DNA of 64,000 bases, from NCBI GenBank assembly GCA_037447605.1, contig CM074805.1:62001-126000 (forward strand), read 5' to 3'. The translations under genes were made by a program, and so were the position numbers. How positions within the stretch are numbered: the first letter of the stretch is position 1; the number at the start of each line of letters is the position of its first letter. This document shows positions 1 through 19,694 of this stretch, one piece after another. The notes below the pieces were generated by a model. That model made no database searches and was not told the DNA's origin. It worked only from the letters and a program-made list of their open reading frames with translations. Source of the DNA: Zygnema circumcarinatum SAG 698-1b (taxonomy: Eukaryota; Plantae; Zygnematophyceae).

Positions 1-408
1 CGGTAGCTGTCGAATCAGCGCGGCGCGTAGGATCCGGCCGTGCACCGACGTACGGCGGCGCGCCGCGTCGCGGCGCGCGCCCGCGGAACGCGGCGAGCGT
101 TCGTACGTTGCACTCCTCTGACCCATTCGGGTCAGAGACGGACACGTGGCGGGTTGCCACTGGACAGCCCTGCTTCCAATCCTCCATGCTGGTAGGAGGT
201 TCGACGGGGGAAGCGTAAGGGGGCGTGGGTGACTGTCGTCACCCAACCAACGTACCGGCATTCGGTTGCACCCCCGCTCGGGGGCTGTGCCACCCTCTGA
301 AGTTCTTGCTCTCGCTCTCTCTCTCTCTCTCCTGCCCTCTCTCACTGAACTCGGAGTGCTGGTGTGTTATTCCGCGTAGACTGAAGAGGCGTTTTTCAGT
401 TGTTACAT

Positions 409-420
409 TGGTATGAGAGC
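409..420 (+). other. Primer-binding site for initiator tRNA-Met
   Basis: TGGTATGAGAGC, one mismatch to the canonical plant PBS TGGTATCAGAGC, 1 nt after LTR-terminal TGTTACA. Confidence 0.8.
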
Positions 421-2006
421 CGCGTTGCGGTCTTCTCTTTGAAAGAGAACCTGCGGGTCATGGTGACCACTCGCCGGGCCGGAGGGGACCCGGGGCCCTC
501 GGGGCCGCCACCTCCACCACCTGTCCCTCGGGACGAGGTGATGGAGGAGAACTCGGAGACTGCGGCCACCCCCATGGAGGGGCCCAGTCCCGAGCCCACG
601 GATGACCAAGGTCATCCGGTGGCCTGCCCCTTTCCCGCGTCGAGGAGCCGCTGGCTCGGCAGAATCGCCGATCCCATGATGAGCCCCTCACGGTGAAGCG
701 TCCACGAAAGATGAAGAGGATGAAAGGAGCTAGGAAGCGGATAAAGAGCGGCCTTTGTCGCCACCACTTTGCTCTGTGGCCAGTGGGCGACATGGAGCTC
801 ATGGTCCGCCTTTGGTGAATACGCTCAAATGGAGTTCGAACCTTCGGGCCGAACTCAGGAGGATCGAGAAGGTATACCCGAACCCCGGTACATGGCCCGG
901 TGGATGCGGCCCGAGTCTGGGGAGGGTTAAACAAACCCTCCGTGGCGTCGTGTCGGCGCCCCAGCTGGCTGCGAGGCGGCAATCGGACCTGGTTTTTCCA
1001 CGGGGAGTCACCATGAGAGTGGCGAACCACCCGGCGATGGGGACCCCGTCAATGGCCATTCTTTGGGGGCGGAGGAGATCGATCCTCGAGGCCTCCCACT
1101 GCCCTCACGAGGATGCTCGGCGGGCCGGGCAAAGGTGGCCTCTTTCCTTTACAGGCGAACATCACAGTGAGTGTTAGTGTGCTATAGTTAGACGTGCATG
1201 GTTTACACTAACATTGTTGTGGTCCTGGTTGAAACATGAGATCGCTAGTAGTGTTCACAGGAAATACGGTGCGGGCCAAATGTCGATTGGCCCATGCGGC
1301 GCGCCGGGCGCGGAGGATGTGATGTCGGCGGAACGTCCCGGACCCTTAGATGCGGTCCTTGGTGGCTGAGTGACTACCGGGAGGAGACGGTGGCAGAGAC
1401 CTGAGGTGTGGCAGCCTTGGAAATGCGGCAGCCGGAGATTTCGTCGCGGGCGGTATGAATAATGTCACGGTGTGTAGCGAACATCGCGTAGCGAGGCGGC
1501 TGGGGCAGCGTCTGGTTGTAGCGGCGGAAGTTACTGCCTTCGAGCAGACGACAAGTTGAATGAGCTATGCGGACGGCGACTGGAGTGTCTTGGCGTAAGT
1601 TTCTGAAAAGACACGCAAAGCGGATGTTGAAACGTGCGGTGCTGAGCGCATGGCGGCCGTGACGTGACTTATCGGTCAACAAGGAAGATGTCACGTAACT
1701 GCGGCTATGGCGGTATACTGGGTTTAGCTTTGTTATGTAGGATAACCACATTAGACTCATGGTACGTGACTTATTACGTACTGCTTTCGTGTTGCTTTGG
1801 GCTGCCTTGTATGTAGGTAGTGAGTAAGGGGAGAAGTAGCTAGTGAGAGGGGGAGAACTTCATGTGGGTGACATTCTTATTATAAAGGAGTTTTAGAGTC
1901 GTGAGCTTTCTCCAACACACTCTCGTGTGTGATTTCCGTGTGCTTTCGTCTTTCGTTCATTACGTGAGTTATGGGCTATGAGTGAAGTGAGATAGAGTGA
2001 GAGAGA

Positions 2007-2900
2007 GTGAAGATGTCTTCATCGGTGGGAACCGGAGTTCTAATGGAGGGCGACACGCGAGGTGGCGCCGGGAGCAGCGAGCAGATCCATGCTCCAACAC
2101 ATCCTACCACGGACTGCTCGATTGAGCAGTGGTTGGGTCAAACGAAGGGCTACCTTCTGGCGACCAACTGTCCCCACTCCGGTGGGTAGCTGCTTACCCA
2201 GCACTGAAGGAGCTGCATGCAGGTGTGTATAGGGGCCTCTCGATGAATTGAGGGCGGTGGGGATAAGTTCAGGAGATGAACTTATCAAACACTTAAGGGC
2301 CTTGGATCGGCTTGGAGCCGGGATAAATTCGAGAACATGGTCCAAGCCCGGCGTCAGCGGTTTACTTGAGACACCATTAAAGTGGTCTGCCTCGAGATCA
2401 CCACTCCACAGAAGCTGGGCGAGGCTGAAGGTTCTTTTCCGCCGAGGAATGGCTTGGGAAGCCACACACGAGGAAAAACAGCTAGAACCTTAACCCAGCG
2501 GACTCTGAAACCCGTGGGACCCGGCCTGACTCACGGTTGTGTACTTTGATCACGGCCATTCAGTTGGACACCGCCCCTGCAGTGTGATGCAGGCCTTCCC
2601 GACCCGTGAGGAGGTGGGGGCGGCGTTCTGGTGGGTGGAAGGCGGGACCCTCGGCTCTATGGCTGGCGAGGGAAGAACAAAGCGAGGCGGCCGGAGGTGG
2701 CTGCCCGCGCCCACCTTACTGCGGCAGCGGTTGACTCGGAAATGGAAGATCTTGTGAAGGAGAGCAAGTGTGTTTCGGCTGCGCCAGAAGGAGGGCATAA
2801 GGCCGGGATTGCCCTCTCAACACCAAGGACAAGAAGGGCAAGGGGCCGGAAAACCTCAACCCACCAGCAGCTTAGGGGTCGTTGCTGGTGGACATGCTAG
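2007..2900 (+). pseudogene. Retrotransposon gag remnant (capsid-like region plus CCHC knuckle)
   Basis: Fragmented ORFs 2007-2189, 2248-2493 and 2631-2900. At about 2771-2815 the frameshifted sequence reads CFGC.QKEGHKAG.CP, a degenerate zinc knuckle, upstream of the protease. Confidence 0.65.
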
Positions 2901-3432
2901 GCTAGGGGGAGGGAATGGGGCTGCCATCAAGGATAAGAGGCTATTGTTTCTTACAACCTCAGACATTCTTAACTTGGTGGGCAAGACTTTGGGGAGTGCA
3001 AGATCTTTTTGTGTTTGATGTACTCCCTTCTTCCATTTCTCTTTCCCCTGCCACTGTAGTGACTCCTCCTGGGTTTATGGATGTGCTGATGCATGGTCAA
3101 TGGACTGTGTTTATCCTCAATGTCATGGGTAATGTGATGTCTTGGTGAGAATTGTGCCATGAATCTCACACAGGTACATGTCATGCTGCGGGGACACATC
3201 CATATCCTTCGCATGTCTTTGGTTCCTCGGCACATGTGATTCCTTGCCTGCCTCAGCGCCATATGGCGGTTGGTGGCATGATTGAGGAAAGGGGCACGCG
3301 TTGGCAGATTGCAAGAAATGGAGGATCCACCAGCTTCTTTGGTTGGCTCACCCTACACATTGGTGTGGAGGGCGGCTCATCCTCAACCTTACGCTATAGT
3401 CGCGTCTATGTGTTCCACCTTGCCGCCGTGCC

Positions 3433-6237
3433 ATGACCTTCATCGGGTGACCCAATGGCCACCCAGCAGCGGTTCTCTTTGCGCTAGAAACTGGGGCGGT
3501 GCCCCAACTTTGTTGGATGCGTTCACCGAGAGATTTGGGTTGACCACAGATCCCCATTCAGAAAGTGTTACTTTCGGGGATGGACGCAAGGGCCAGATCT
3601 CTGGTAGCGTCACACTCAAGATCAAGCTCCAATCCTACTCCGGGGCAGTCAAGTGTCTTCTAACACAACTGGCCCCTGGTACTGATGTTATTTTGGGGAG
3701 TGCTTGGTTAACCATGGTCAAGGCACAAATGGACTTTTCTGTCCCACATTGCATTCTGCACAGTGGTGACAGGCGGCTTACCCTGCACCCTGGCAGAGCC
3801 ACATCCTCTGCTATCAAGCAGCCTGCTACTCCTTATCTATGCTCAGCTATGCAATTGGCCAAAGCAGTTAAGGAGGGATGCACCTTGTTCATGGTGCATG
3901 TCATGACAGCCACTGAGGATGTTCATGACGAAGATCAGGAGTGGCAGATCACATCTACTGACGTGCTCTCCACTGTTCCCTCCCAGTTCCAACCTCTGTT
4001 GGATGAATTCAGGGATGTCTTCCCTGATGACCTTCCAAGAGGGTTGCCCCCATCGAGAGGGGTGGGGCACACAATCCCTCTTGAGCCCGAGCAAAAGCCG
4101 CCTTGGCGGCCGATCTATCGGTTAAGCCCGAAAGAAACCGAGGAGATGCGAAAGCAGTTGGCAACTTTACGTGAAAGGCTAGATGGGAACCCAGCAAAGC
4201 ACTTGCAGGCCCATCTTGTTGTTGGGAAGAAGAAGATGGTTGGGTTGAGGATGTGCATTGATTATCGCGCACTCAACAAGATCACCGTAAAGAACCGTTT
4301 TGCTTTACCACGTATTGATGATCTGTTGGATCGTCTTCACGGCGCCAAAGTGTTTACTTCACTTGATCTTGCTCAGGGGTACCATCAGATCCGTGTCACG
4401 GGAAGCTGATGTGCCAAAAACTGCGTTCCGGACGCCGATTGGTCATTTCCAATATAAGGTGTTGCCCTTTGGATTGACTAATGCTCCGGCGACTTTCCAG
4501 GCTGTGATGAACGAAATGTTCATCGGCATGGACGAGTTTGTTTTGGTTTACCTCGATGATATCCTTGTCTTCAGTAAGACGGAGGAGGAACATCTTGAAC
4601 ACGTTCGGAAAGTGTTTGAGACCAACACCAGTTTTATGCCAAGAGGAAGAAGTGTCACTTCATGCAGCGCGAGTTGCTTTATCTTGGGCATATTCTCAAT
4701 GATCAGGGCCTTCGGCCTGACCCTGCCAAAGTTTCAGCGGTAGAAACTTGGGCGCCACCGACTGACTTGCATCAGTTGAGGTCTTTTCTGGGCTTTGCGA
4801 ATTATTTTCGTAAGTTCATCCAAGGGTTTAGTAAACTGGTTACCCCCTTGACTAATTTGACACGTTCCGGTGTCCCCTTTACATGGACCCCTGAATGCCA
4901 GGATGCATTCGAAGGTGTGCGCCATGCACTTGTTACCGCACCCACTCTCCGTTTAGCGGACCCGTCCAAACCTTATGAAGTGGTTTGTGATGCTTCGGGA
5001 TTCGCCTTGGGTGCCGTCTTGTTTCAGGATGGCCAACCTTTGGCATATGAAAGTCGCAAAATGAATCCCGCTGAGCGCAACTATTCTGCAACAGAACAGG
5101 AACTGCTTGCAGTGGTCCACGCCCTGAGGACATGGCGGTGCTATTTAGAGGGGGCGAAAGCGGTCACGCTGGTCACTGACCACCGCCCGCTGACGTTCCT
5201 CTCAACCCAACAGACCTTGTCTAGGCGGCAGGCACGCTGGTCTGAGTTCCTCCAAAGGTTTGACTGCCAGTGGGTCTGCTCGGCCCGGAGGAAGGCTAGT
5301 CGCAAGCGAGACCGAGTAAGAGCAACCTCGGCATCTTTACTGGATAGTGTTTCGTCGACTCAGTGTGTTGGTGGAGCAGATATGTGAGAGAGAGGTGAGA
5401 GGCGGCCAACCAGTCTCGATCTCGGTATGCTTTGTCACTTAGATCCCTCCACCCGGTGGCTTGATCCAGCCCTCACCGCTCTCTCGATCTCGGGCAGATG
5501 ATCGGGAGGGGTATACTGGTGATCCTTTGTTCCTGGATGGCCAAGGTAATGGCTATAAGGACAAAGTGGTGTCTAAGGACGGATTTTGGTACCACGGCCA
5601 GCAGTTGGTCGTGCCCAAGGCCGGGACTGTACGGCAGCTCATTCTGAGTGAGCTCCATGATCCTCCGTACCGAGGTCACATGGGAGTTGCCAAAACCCGT
5701 GAGGCACTGCTCCGAGAGTTCTGGTGGCCTGGACTCTCGAGGGATGTGAAAGCGTATGTACTCGCTTGTCCAACTTGTCAACGAAACAAACCCCGCACTG
5801 GCAGGATCCCTGGCCAGCTGCAACCCCTCACACCTCCTTTTCGGAAATGGGACAGTGTGGGTATGGACTTGATCACAGATCTTCCTGTGACACCTCGGGG
5901 GCATGACTCCATCCTCGTCTTTGTCGATCGACTCAGCAAGATGGTGCATTTTGCACCAACTACTAAGACCGCTGGGGCCGACGAGATTGCACGGTTGTAT
6001 GTTGACAAAGTGTGGAGCCAGCATGGTCTTCAGTCAGAAATTGTGTCTGACCGTGATCCACGATTCACCGGCCATTTTTGGACGGAAGTGCTCAAAATCG
6101 TTGGGACCAAGCAGGCGTTGAGTACAGCTTTCCACCCGCAAACCGATGGCCAGACGGAACGGGTGAACAGGATCCTGGAGGATTACCTCCGGCATTATGT
6201 GGGACCTACCCCGGATGGGTGGGACGAACTGCTCCCA
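3433..6237 (+). pseudogene. Gypsy pol pseudogene: aspartic protease, RT, RNase H, integrase
   Basis: Decayed protease (MTFIG..GHPAAVLF..ETGA). RT motifs [44 protein letters not shown]. RNase H DASGFALGAVL, ERNYSATEQELLAVV, TDHRPL. Integrase HDPPYRGH..CPTC, MDLITDLP, IVSDRDPRF, HPQTDGQTERVNR. Frame breaks near 3480, 4400, 4620-4660 and 5270-5460. Confidence 0.95.
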
Positions 6238-6448
6238 NNNNNNNNNNGTGCGCCTAGCTGGATGGTGTGCTGTCCCGTGGGCCGCCAACAAATGGCGCCG
6301 CCGTCTCGCATTTTCCGTCGGCAATTCCTGGATCAGGCCGGTCCGTGACACTGAATATGAACATGTCAAGTACAACTGAACGGGCGCGGATCCGTCGAAC
6401 GCAGCTCCGTTACGCTACAACAGGGTGGAAAATATGAGGACTGCTGAC

Positions 6449-6535
6449 TGTACGGTATAATGTAGTACAGTACTGTACTGTACAGTACGAAAGTGAGGAA
6501 AGCCGTACAGTACTGTACCGCGCCGTCCGTACGGC
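6449..6535. promoter_or_regulatory. GTAC-core cluster upstream of CAP-D3
   Basis: Ten GTAC cores in about 85 bp, including two copies of the 14-bp palindrome GTACAGTACTGTAC (6465-6478, 6505-6518), 120-200 bp before the ATG. Function is inferred only. Confidence 0.4.
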
Positions 6536-6655
6536 AGGGCGGGGCGGGGCCGTGACTCGCTCGGTCGGTGCGCGGGAGGGCCAACGGCTCCTTCCCTCCG
6601 CTGCACCCGGGAGGGGGAGGGGGGGCGAGGCAGCAGCAGCGGCAGCAGCAGCGGC

Positions 6656-14139
<7,484 letters not shown>

Positions 14140-15210
14140 GCGACTGTGTATATCGCAAGAAAGCATCCATTCATCATGTGTCCACCTTCTGCATCGAGGG
14201 GGAACCTGGAGCATCCCGACCCCGACTTCCATCACTTATCCCGCGTTTAAGGGCTGGGTCCATCCTGGCCACTCGCCTGTGGCCTTCCATGTTGGAAGCA
14301 CATTTTGACCGACTTGAGGATATTTCGACTAGCCCTGCATGCTCTGCTCAAGCGTGCCCCGTGCAGGTTATTGTCCTACTGTTCTGTTCAACAGTTGATT
14401 GATTCAGCCGTTCCGATGTAGACGAATAACGGGACACCAGTAGGAGCAGATTTTCTCGTCCTCTTCCTCACATTCAATCAACGGCTTTTCCTTATTAATG
14501 GCTATGCCCGTAGCCAGACAGCAAGCCCAGTGCAGAAGACCAACTTCCGTTTTGTTGGTTTCGGTTCAGCAGCCCTTGCAGGCGCGTGGGCGCTGAAGAG
14601 AATGCGCCTTTCATGCCGTGTGCGACCGTTGCCGACAGCCACTGTCAGCAGCGGCTGCAGTTCTTTTGCGCTGTCGTCATGCAATAGGGCAAACTGAAGT
14701 AGAGTAAACTGCTCTACTTCACATGCTCCAGACTCTGCTGTAATTTTCTTTGCGGGAGATCTATTATGGACATGGAAAAATAATCGACACCTGATTAAGG
14801 ATGTCACTCGGGGTGCACCTTTGTGGTAAAAAGTTTAATGGATTAAAAAAATAATTGGAGAATGTAAATTGTCAAAAAATACCAGCTCTAATATCTGATT
14901 GGATCTGCCTAGCGCTGCATTGTGCATAACTTAACTGCCAGGGGGCTCTGCTGTCCATCGTGGCCGATGCCACAAGCTCCTGATGAATAGCGACCTATCG
15001 AGTGTAGCCCACATTTCCCATCTCCGGTCCGACACCTAAATCCTACAAGAGGCACTAGCGGAAATGTCCGCTTTGACTGCGTCTCAACAGCTAAACTACC
15101 TACGGATGCCTAGACCAGAAGCCAGGGGAGGGCCCAAGCGTAAGATTTCCCAAGTAGGCCATGAGTTCGGTTCAGCGAGCAGCCAAAGTGTCTCCCCCTC
15201 CTTCCCCCCT

Positions 15211-18200
15211 TCAGCGGTCGAAGCATGGCGCGAGGACGAAGACCGGCCAGGCCCACTGGAGGAGGCCGCGCAGCGCGAGCACGAGCACGGCCGCCCCCAG
15301 GAGGACCGCCACTCCCCCCGCGCCCCCCCCGCCCTTCAGACCCCCGAAGGCGCCGACTACCGCGGCGTACCCCCCCAAAAAGCGGTCCTGCCCGCCCGCC
15401 TTCCACGCCTGCGCGGCGGCCATGCCGACAGCTGCCGCGATGACGGCGGCGAGAGGCAGCCAGTAGCCCAGCCACCCCGCCAGCCTCCACTTGCCGCCGC
15501 CCAGACGATCAGCGATGTTGCGGTGTACCTCGGCTTTCACGGGTCCCCTCCCGAGGCCGTACTTGCCAAGCATAATCGCTATGGAGTTCCTAAGGTCATC
15601 GTTGAACCTCTGCTGCGCTGCGCGCCTCAAACTTCTCACCTTCTCAGCATATTCCCCATCATTAGCAGTTGCAGTCAAAGCGCCCGCAGGAAGCTGATCT
15701 TTGGCTTCTGTAGAGCACAATGCATTTTGTGCTTGCTGCTCAGTGAATGTGGCAGACGCTGACCCCCCCCCAGAAGACCCTGCAGATGGAGCAAGTGCAT
15801 GCGCTTCCTCCAACTGCATAATTTCGTCCAAGTATGCGCTCATCTCCAGAGGAGGTGCAAACATAACCTCAACCTTGTGCCGATGGGGCACAGTGCGCCC
15901 TTTGGGTAAGGCATCAAGTGTTCCCTGGAAGGAATACACAACATAGTTCAGCAGACCATTTTGATTGCCTTGTTTCACAAACACTCTCGGATGCCTTGAG
16001 AGGCAGCCGGCGGGTAAAGCAGTCTCCCCTCTCCCAGAAGAGGGCGCACCTTGACGCAGGCGGGCACGACCGGCATGTCGAGCTGCTCCGACAGGAAGCC
16101 CGCGCCGGCCTTGAAGCGCTGCAGAGAGCCGTCCCGCGACCGCGTTCCCTCCGGGAATATCACAATGGCAGAGGGCGACTCTGGCGAGCTGGCCTCCTGA
16201 ATGCGGCGCAGGATTTCGACCTGCATGAAGCACATGTTCACAAGAATGTCAGTCCTCACACATTCATCAGAATGTGATGGAACACGGGGAGGCAATGTGA
16301 AGCATGCATTAAGGGCTGTGCACATCAGTCCGTCCATGCCAAGTGAAAAATAACATCCTTCATTAGCGTGACAGTGGAATCTCCATGGCACAATTCGATT
16401 CATGATTAGGAAGAAGGGTGTCGATGGAATATGTTTGTGTGGGTGAGAAAGGTTGAAATGCAACCAAGTATCTGCCCTCAGCTTACAGCTTCGACGCCCC
16501 ATGAGAATATGCAATTGAGGTATTTTGTCAAGCACGACAAGTGCTGGCCAAAAATGAAACGGCCAGAGAACAGCTGCTATTCTAAGGTGTATTGCCATCG
16601 GAGCTAAGTCTCCTTGGAGTGAGAACACGAGTGGAGGCAAGCATCTCTTGACACTCGCAGGAATCGCAGCAGACAAGCAGGGAGGAAAAAAACAGGCGAG
16701 CTGACCTCCCGTTTGGAGAAGCCATGCCGGTTGAACGGAATGACATGCATGAAATTGGTGACGAACCAGGCCTGCGAATTGCGACATCAAGGAGGATGAT
16801 GGTAAGAACGGATCAGACTCCATGACTCCATTGGTCATGAAATCGTGTGCTTCCACTGTTCAAATACAAAGCGTCGATGGGTGGCTCGTTTGCCCCCTGT
16901 GATCTTTAACATGATCCGTTGCATTCATAAATTAATCCAAAACGTATTGATGTTCCATTCTGGAGAACTTGAGACAACCACGGCCATGCCCATTTCCTTG
17001 AAAATAGGACCACTTGGCTGCTTGAACAGTTCAAGCTAGTTAGTAGTTATAGTGCCGCAAGAGTGCGTGAGTTCGTGAGTGCATGCTCCAGGAGCTGCTT
17101 GGACGCACGGGCATAAAGTATCTCATAAACTTCAGCGCAAACATTTCTATGTATAAAGCTCTATAGAGAAGAATGTGTCTAAACTTAGAACATAGGATAA
17201 AGTTTAGAACTTTGGGGTTCTTTGGATATATTGCGTAGTCCTCATGAAGTTTCAAACAGTTTTGGAGTACTGTGCGCGTTTTTTGTCGTCCCAATCAGTG
17301 ACCAAGCTCGGGAGCACATTGCTCATGCACCGATTGTAGGAAGCACATGCATGCACGAATTCCCTTCAAAACTGGAAGGAGCTTTTAAATTTCAAAGGAT
17401 TTGGACTACCACTCACGACGACTTAAGAACGAAGATCACTGTTCACATGATCTGTGAAGCGAGAGACGGTCTGTGCTTACCTTGAACGGATCGCGGAAAA
17501 AGTAATCTCTTGCACCGAGGGCGTACACATTTTTCACACCTCCTGCCCAGGCAGCGATAAATAGTGCGCCGCAATCCAGGTGACTCTGCGAACAGCCGAG
17601 CGGCGAATCAGCAGAGAAGAAGAACGTCTTCCTCCTCTGCGTGCGTTTGGCACGACCTTGACAGTGCAAAAAGAAAGAGATCAATGAAACGGTTTGGCCT
17701 TGCGGACCTGCGTGGCACGTGCGCTTACCGAATGGTTGGAGGCGAGGAGAAATGTTCCTCGCGCTAACGGAAGGTGCCCAGTTCCATACGTTTCCTGCTG
17801 ACCAGAAAACAAGAAAGTGGTGGCAGTGCAAAGTTGATGTAAACTGAAAAAAGGCTCAACTTATAATGACACCCAGAGTCGATAAACTCTTCAACAATGC
17901 GGATAACTGGTAGAACGGCTGCTGAATTGCAATTGACGGTTGCAAGGTGGATGCAGAGAAGTAACTAGAAGCTCGTCCTGGACAACAGCAAGGCGATCCA
18001 ATGCTATGAGACATGTCACCAAACCTTGCAGCTACTTGGGTGGAAACGTGCCTAGACAGACTGCCCGAAAGCTCTGAGTTGGCAACGGTGCAAACATGTT
18101 GATCGCCATAACATTGAGTTTACGTTTTGAAGACAGTCGAACTGCAGACCCAAACAAATGAATACTACCACAAAGATCTCCGCACACCGTTGACATTTCT

Positions 18201-19126
18201 TCTACCTTTTGGCCCGAAACGGCGGGGTGAACCCCTTCCACTTACCTCTCACAAAATGAAGCGGCAGAGCATCTGACCTGAGCGAACCATGTGTTGTACA
18301 GCCAGCGCCCAGCACACCAAAAGGTGGTGAGCATGAAGCTTCTCTCCACAATTCGTATCCCGTCAAGCTCCAGCACATCTTTCACGACTTGTTCTTCGCT
18401 TTTCCTCATGCGCATACGCAGTCTCCTCTTCCATCGCACTGCGTCTCTGAGACTGAGGGAGCGGCTGCCGCTCGCTCCTTCGGAGCGGAGCTGCCTCGGC
18501 TCCGCCACGCGCTCCTCCTCGCAGGCCTCTTGCGCTGACGTGTGCTCCCCTCCCACCTCTCCGCATCTCTGATTAACATTGCCAGCAACAGCTTGGGAGC
18601 TGCCTGACAACTCAAAGCAGCTCTCAGACACTGGAGGTGAACCGTCTACATTGTTCTGCAATGCTACAGCCGGGTGGTTATACGCCGCCCCATTCCTCAG
18701 TTCTGCTGCAGCACCTTCTTCAGAAGCTGGCCGGTCCTCCGCACAGCCCCTGGTGCTGCCATCCGCTTCGTCTCCAAGTGAAAGGCAGCGCCAAGTCCTC
18801 ACCTTGATCCCATCTACTGTCGAGTGTGGACGGCCATGAGATAGCATCCCGAACTCATTTCTGTCTCTTTCCTTTAATAGAAAACTAACGAGGCATTTAC
18901 GCTGCTTGCCGCTATCAGAAGTGCAGGTCTCTTCCCTTAAGTATGCGGTCGGAAAAGGAGGGGGTGAACAGCAGGTCCAGTTTCCACCACTGCAAAATGC
19001 AGAAATAGCAGGGTCCAGAGTGGGTCCGGCCCTCCGAAAGTCAGGCCGGCCATTCTCGGGGAAAAAGGATGTGTGCGGATGGTCCTGCCACGGAGAGCAG
19101 GGCGTCATGAAATGGCGGGCAGCCAT
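15211..19126 (-). CDS. PlsC/LPLAT-family acyltransferase, 6 exons, about 656 aa, hydrophobic C-terminal tail
   Basis: Exons 19126-18278 (start uncertain), 17794-17729, 17585-17481, 16771-16706, 16220-16050, 15924-15211, all GT-AG and phase 0. Reconstituted motifs: FLLASNHS|SHLD (HxxxxD), ALGARDYFF, FMHVIPFNR, IVIFPEGTRSRDGSLQRFKAG, MPVVPACVK|GTLDALPKG. Confidence 0.9.
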
Positions 19127-19448
19127 GGCGGGCCCTTCCAGACGCGCGAGCAGGTCAGGTTCGGCGCGGCGCGGGCCGGCGCGGGGCGCGCGCAGCCATG
19201 GCTGGTCTGGGCGAGGGAGGACTACGGTAGCGGGAGGGAGGGCGGTGTGCGGGAGCGGGCGCTGTCAGTCGGGCGGGGAGGGCGGGAGGGAGGGCCGTCA
19301 GCGGCGCGCGGAAGGCCGGGGAAGGAAGCGTCGCGGAAGCAGCCCCCCCCCGCGCTGAGCTCAGAGAGGGGCGGGGCGGGGCAGCGGCTCGCTCGCTCGC
19401 TCGCTCACGGGCAGTCGGTCGGTTGGTCACGGCTGGGCTCCTTCCATC

Positions 19449-19694
19449 CATGGCTGCATGGCTCCATGGCTGCATGGCTCCATGGCTGCATGGCTCCATG
19501 GCTGCATGGCTCCATGGCTGCATGGCTCCATGGCTGCATGGCTCCATGGCTGCATGGCTCCATGGCTCCATGGCTGCATGGCTGCATGGCTCCATGGCTG
19601 CATGGCTCCATGACTCCATGGCTGCATGGCTGCATGGCTGCATGGCTCCATGGCTGCATGGCTCCATGACTCCATGGCTGCATGGCTTCATGGC
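19449..19694. repeat. 8-bp tandem repeat CATGGCT(G/C), about 30 units
   Basis: Mostly alternating CATGGCTG/CATGGCTC with rare CATGACTC variants, about 320 bp upstream of the acyltransferase ORF start. Confidence 0.95.

Larger units (their letters stand above)
110..6237 (+). mobile_element. Degenerate Ty3/gypsy LTR retrotransposon (chromovirus-like pol), 3' end lost in assembly gap
   Basis: LTR end TGTTACA at 401-407 followed by a PBS. Gag remnant with a frameshifted zinc knuckle, then PR-RT-RNaseH-IN order typical of gypsy. Multiple frameshifts. Stops at N gap 6238-6247 and no 3' LTR is visible. Left boundary is approximate. Confidence 0.93.

Noticed and set aside
6248-6450. 3' LTR or chromodomain of the gypsy element
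   Set aside because: Sequence after the gap does not match 110-407 and no PPT or chromodomain is visible, so the chromovirus assignment stays tentative.
14502-14807. Small intergenic ORFs (also 25721-26257, 41586-42139, 53980-54448)
   Set aside because: No recognisable motifs or supporting splice structure, and they lie in probable UTR or intergenic sequence.
15975-16856. 293-aa ORF as a single acyltransferase exon
   Set aside because: Only 16220-16050 is used in that frame. The true upstream exon (16771-16706) is in another frame and the rest is intron.
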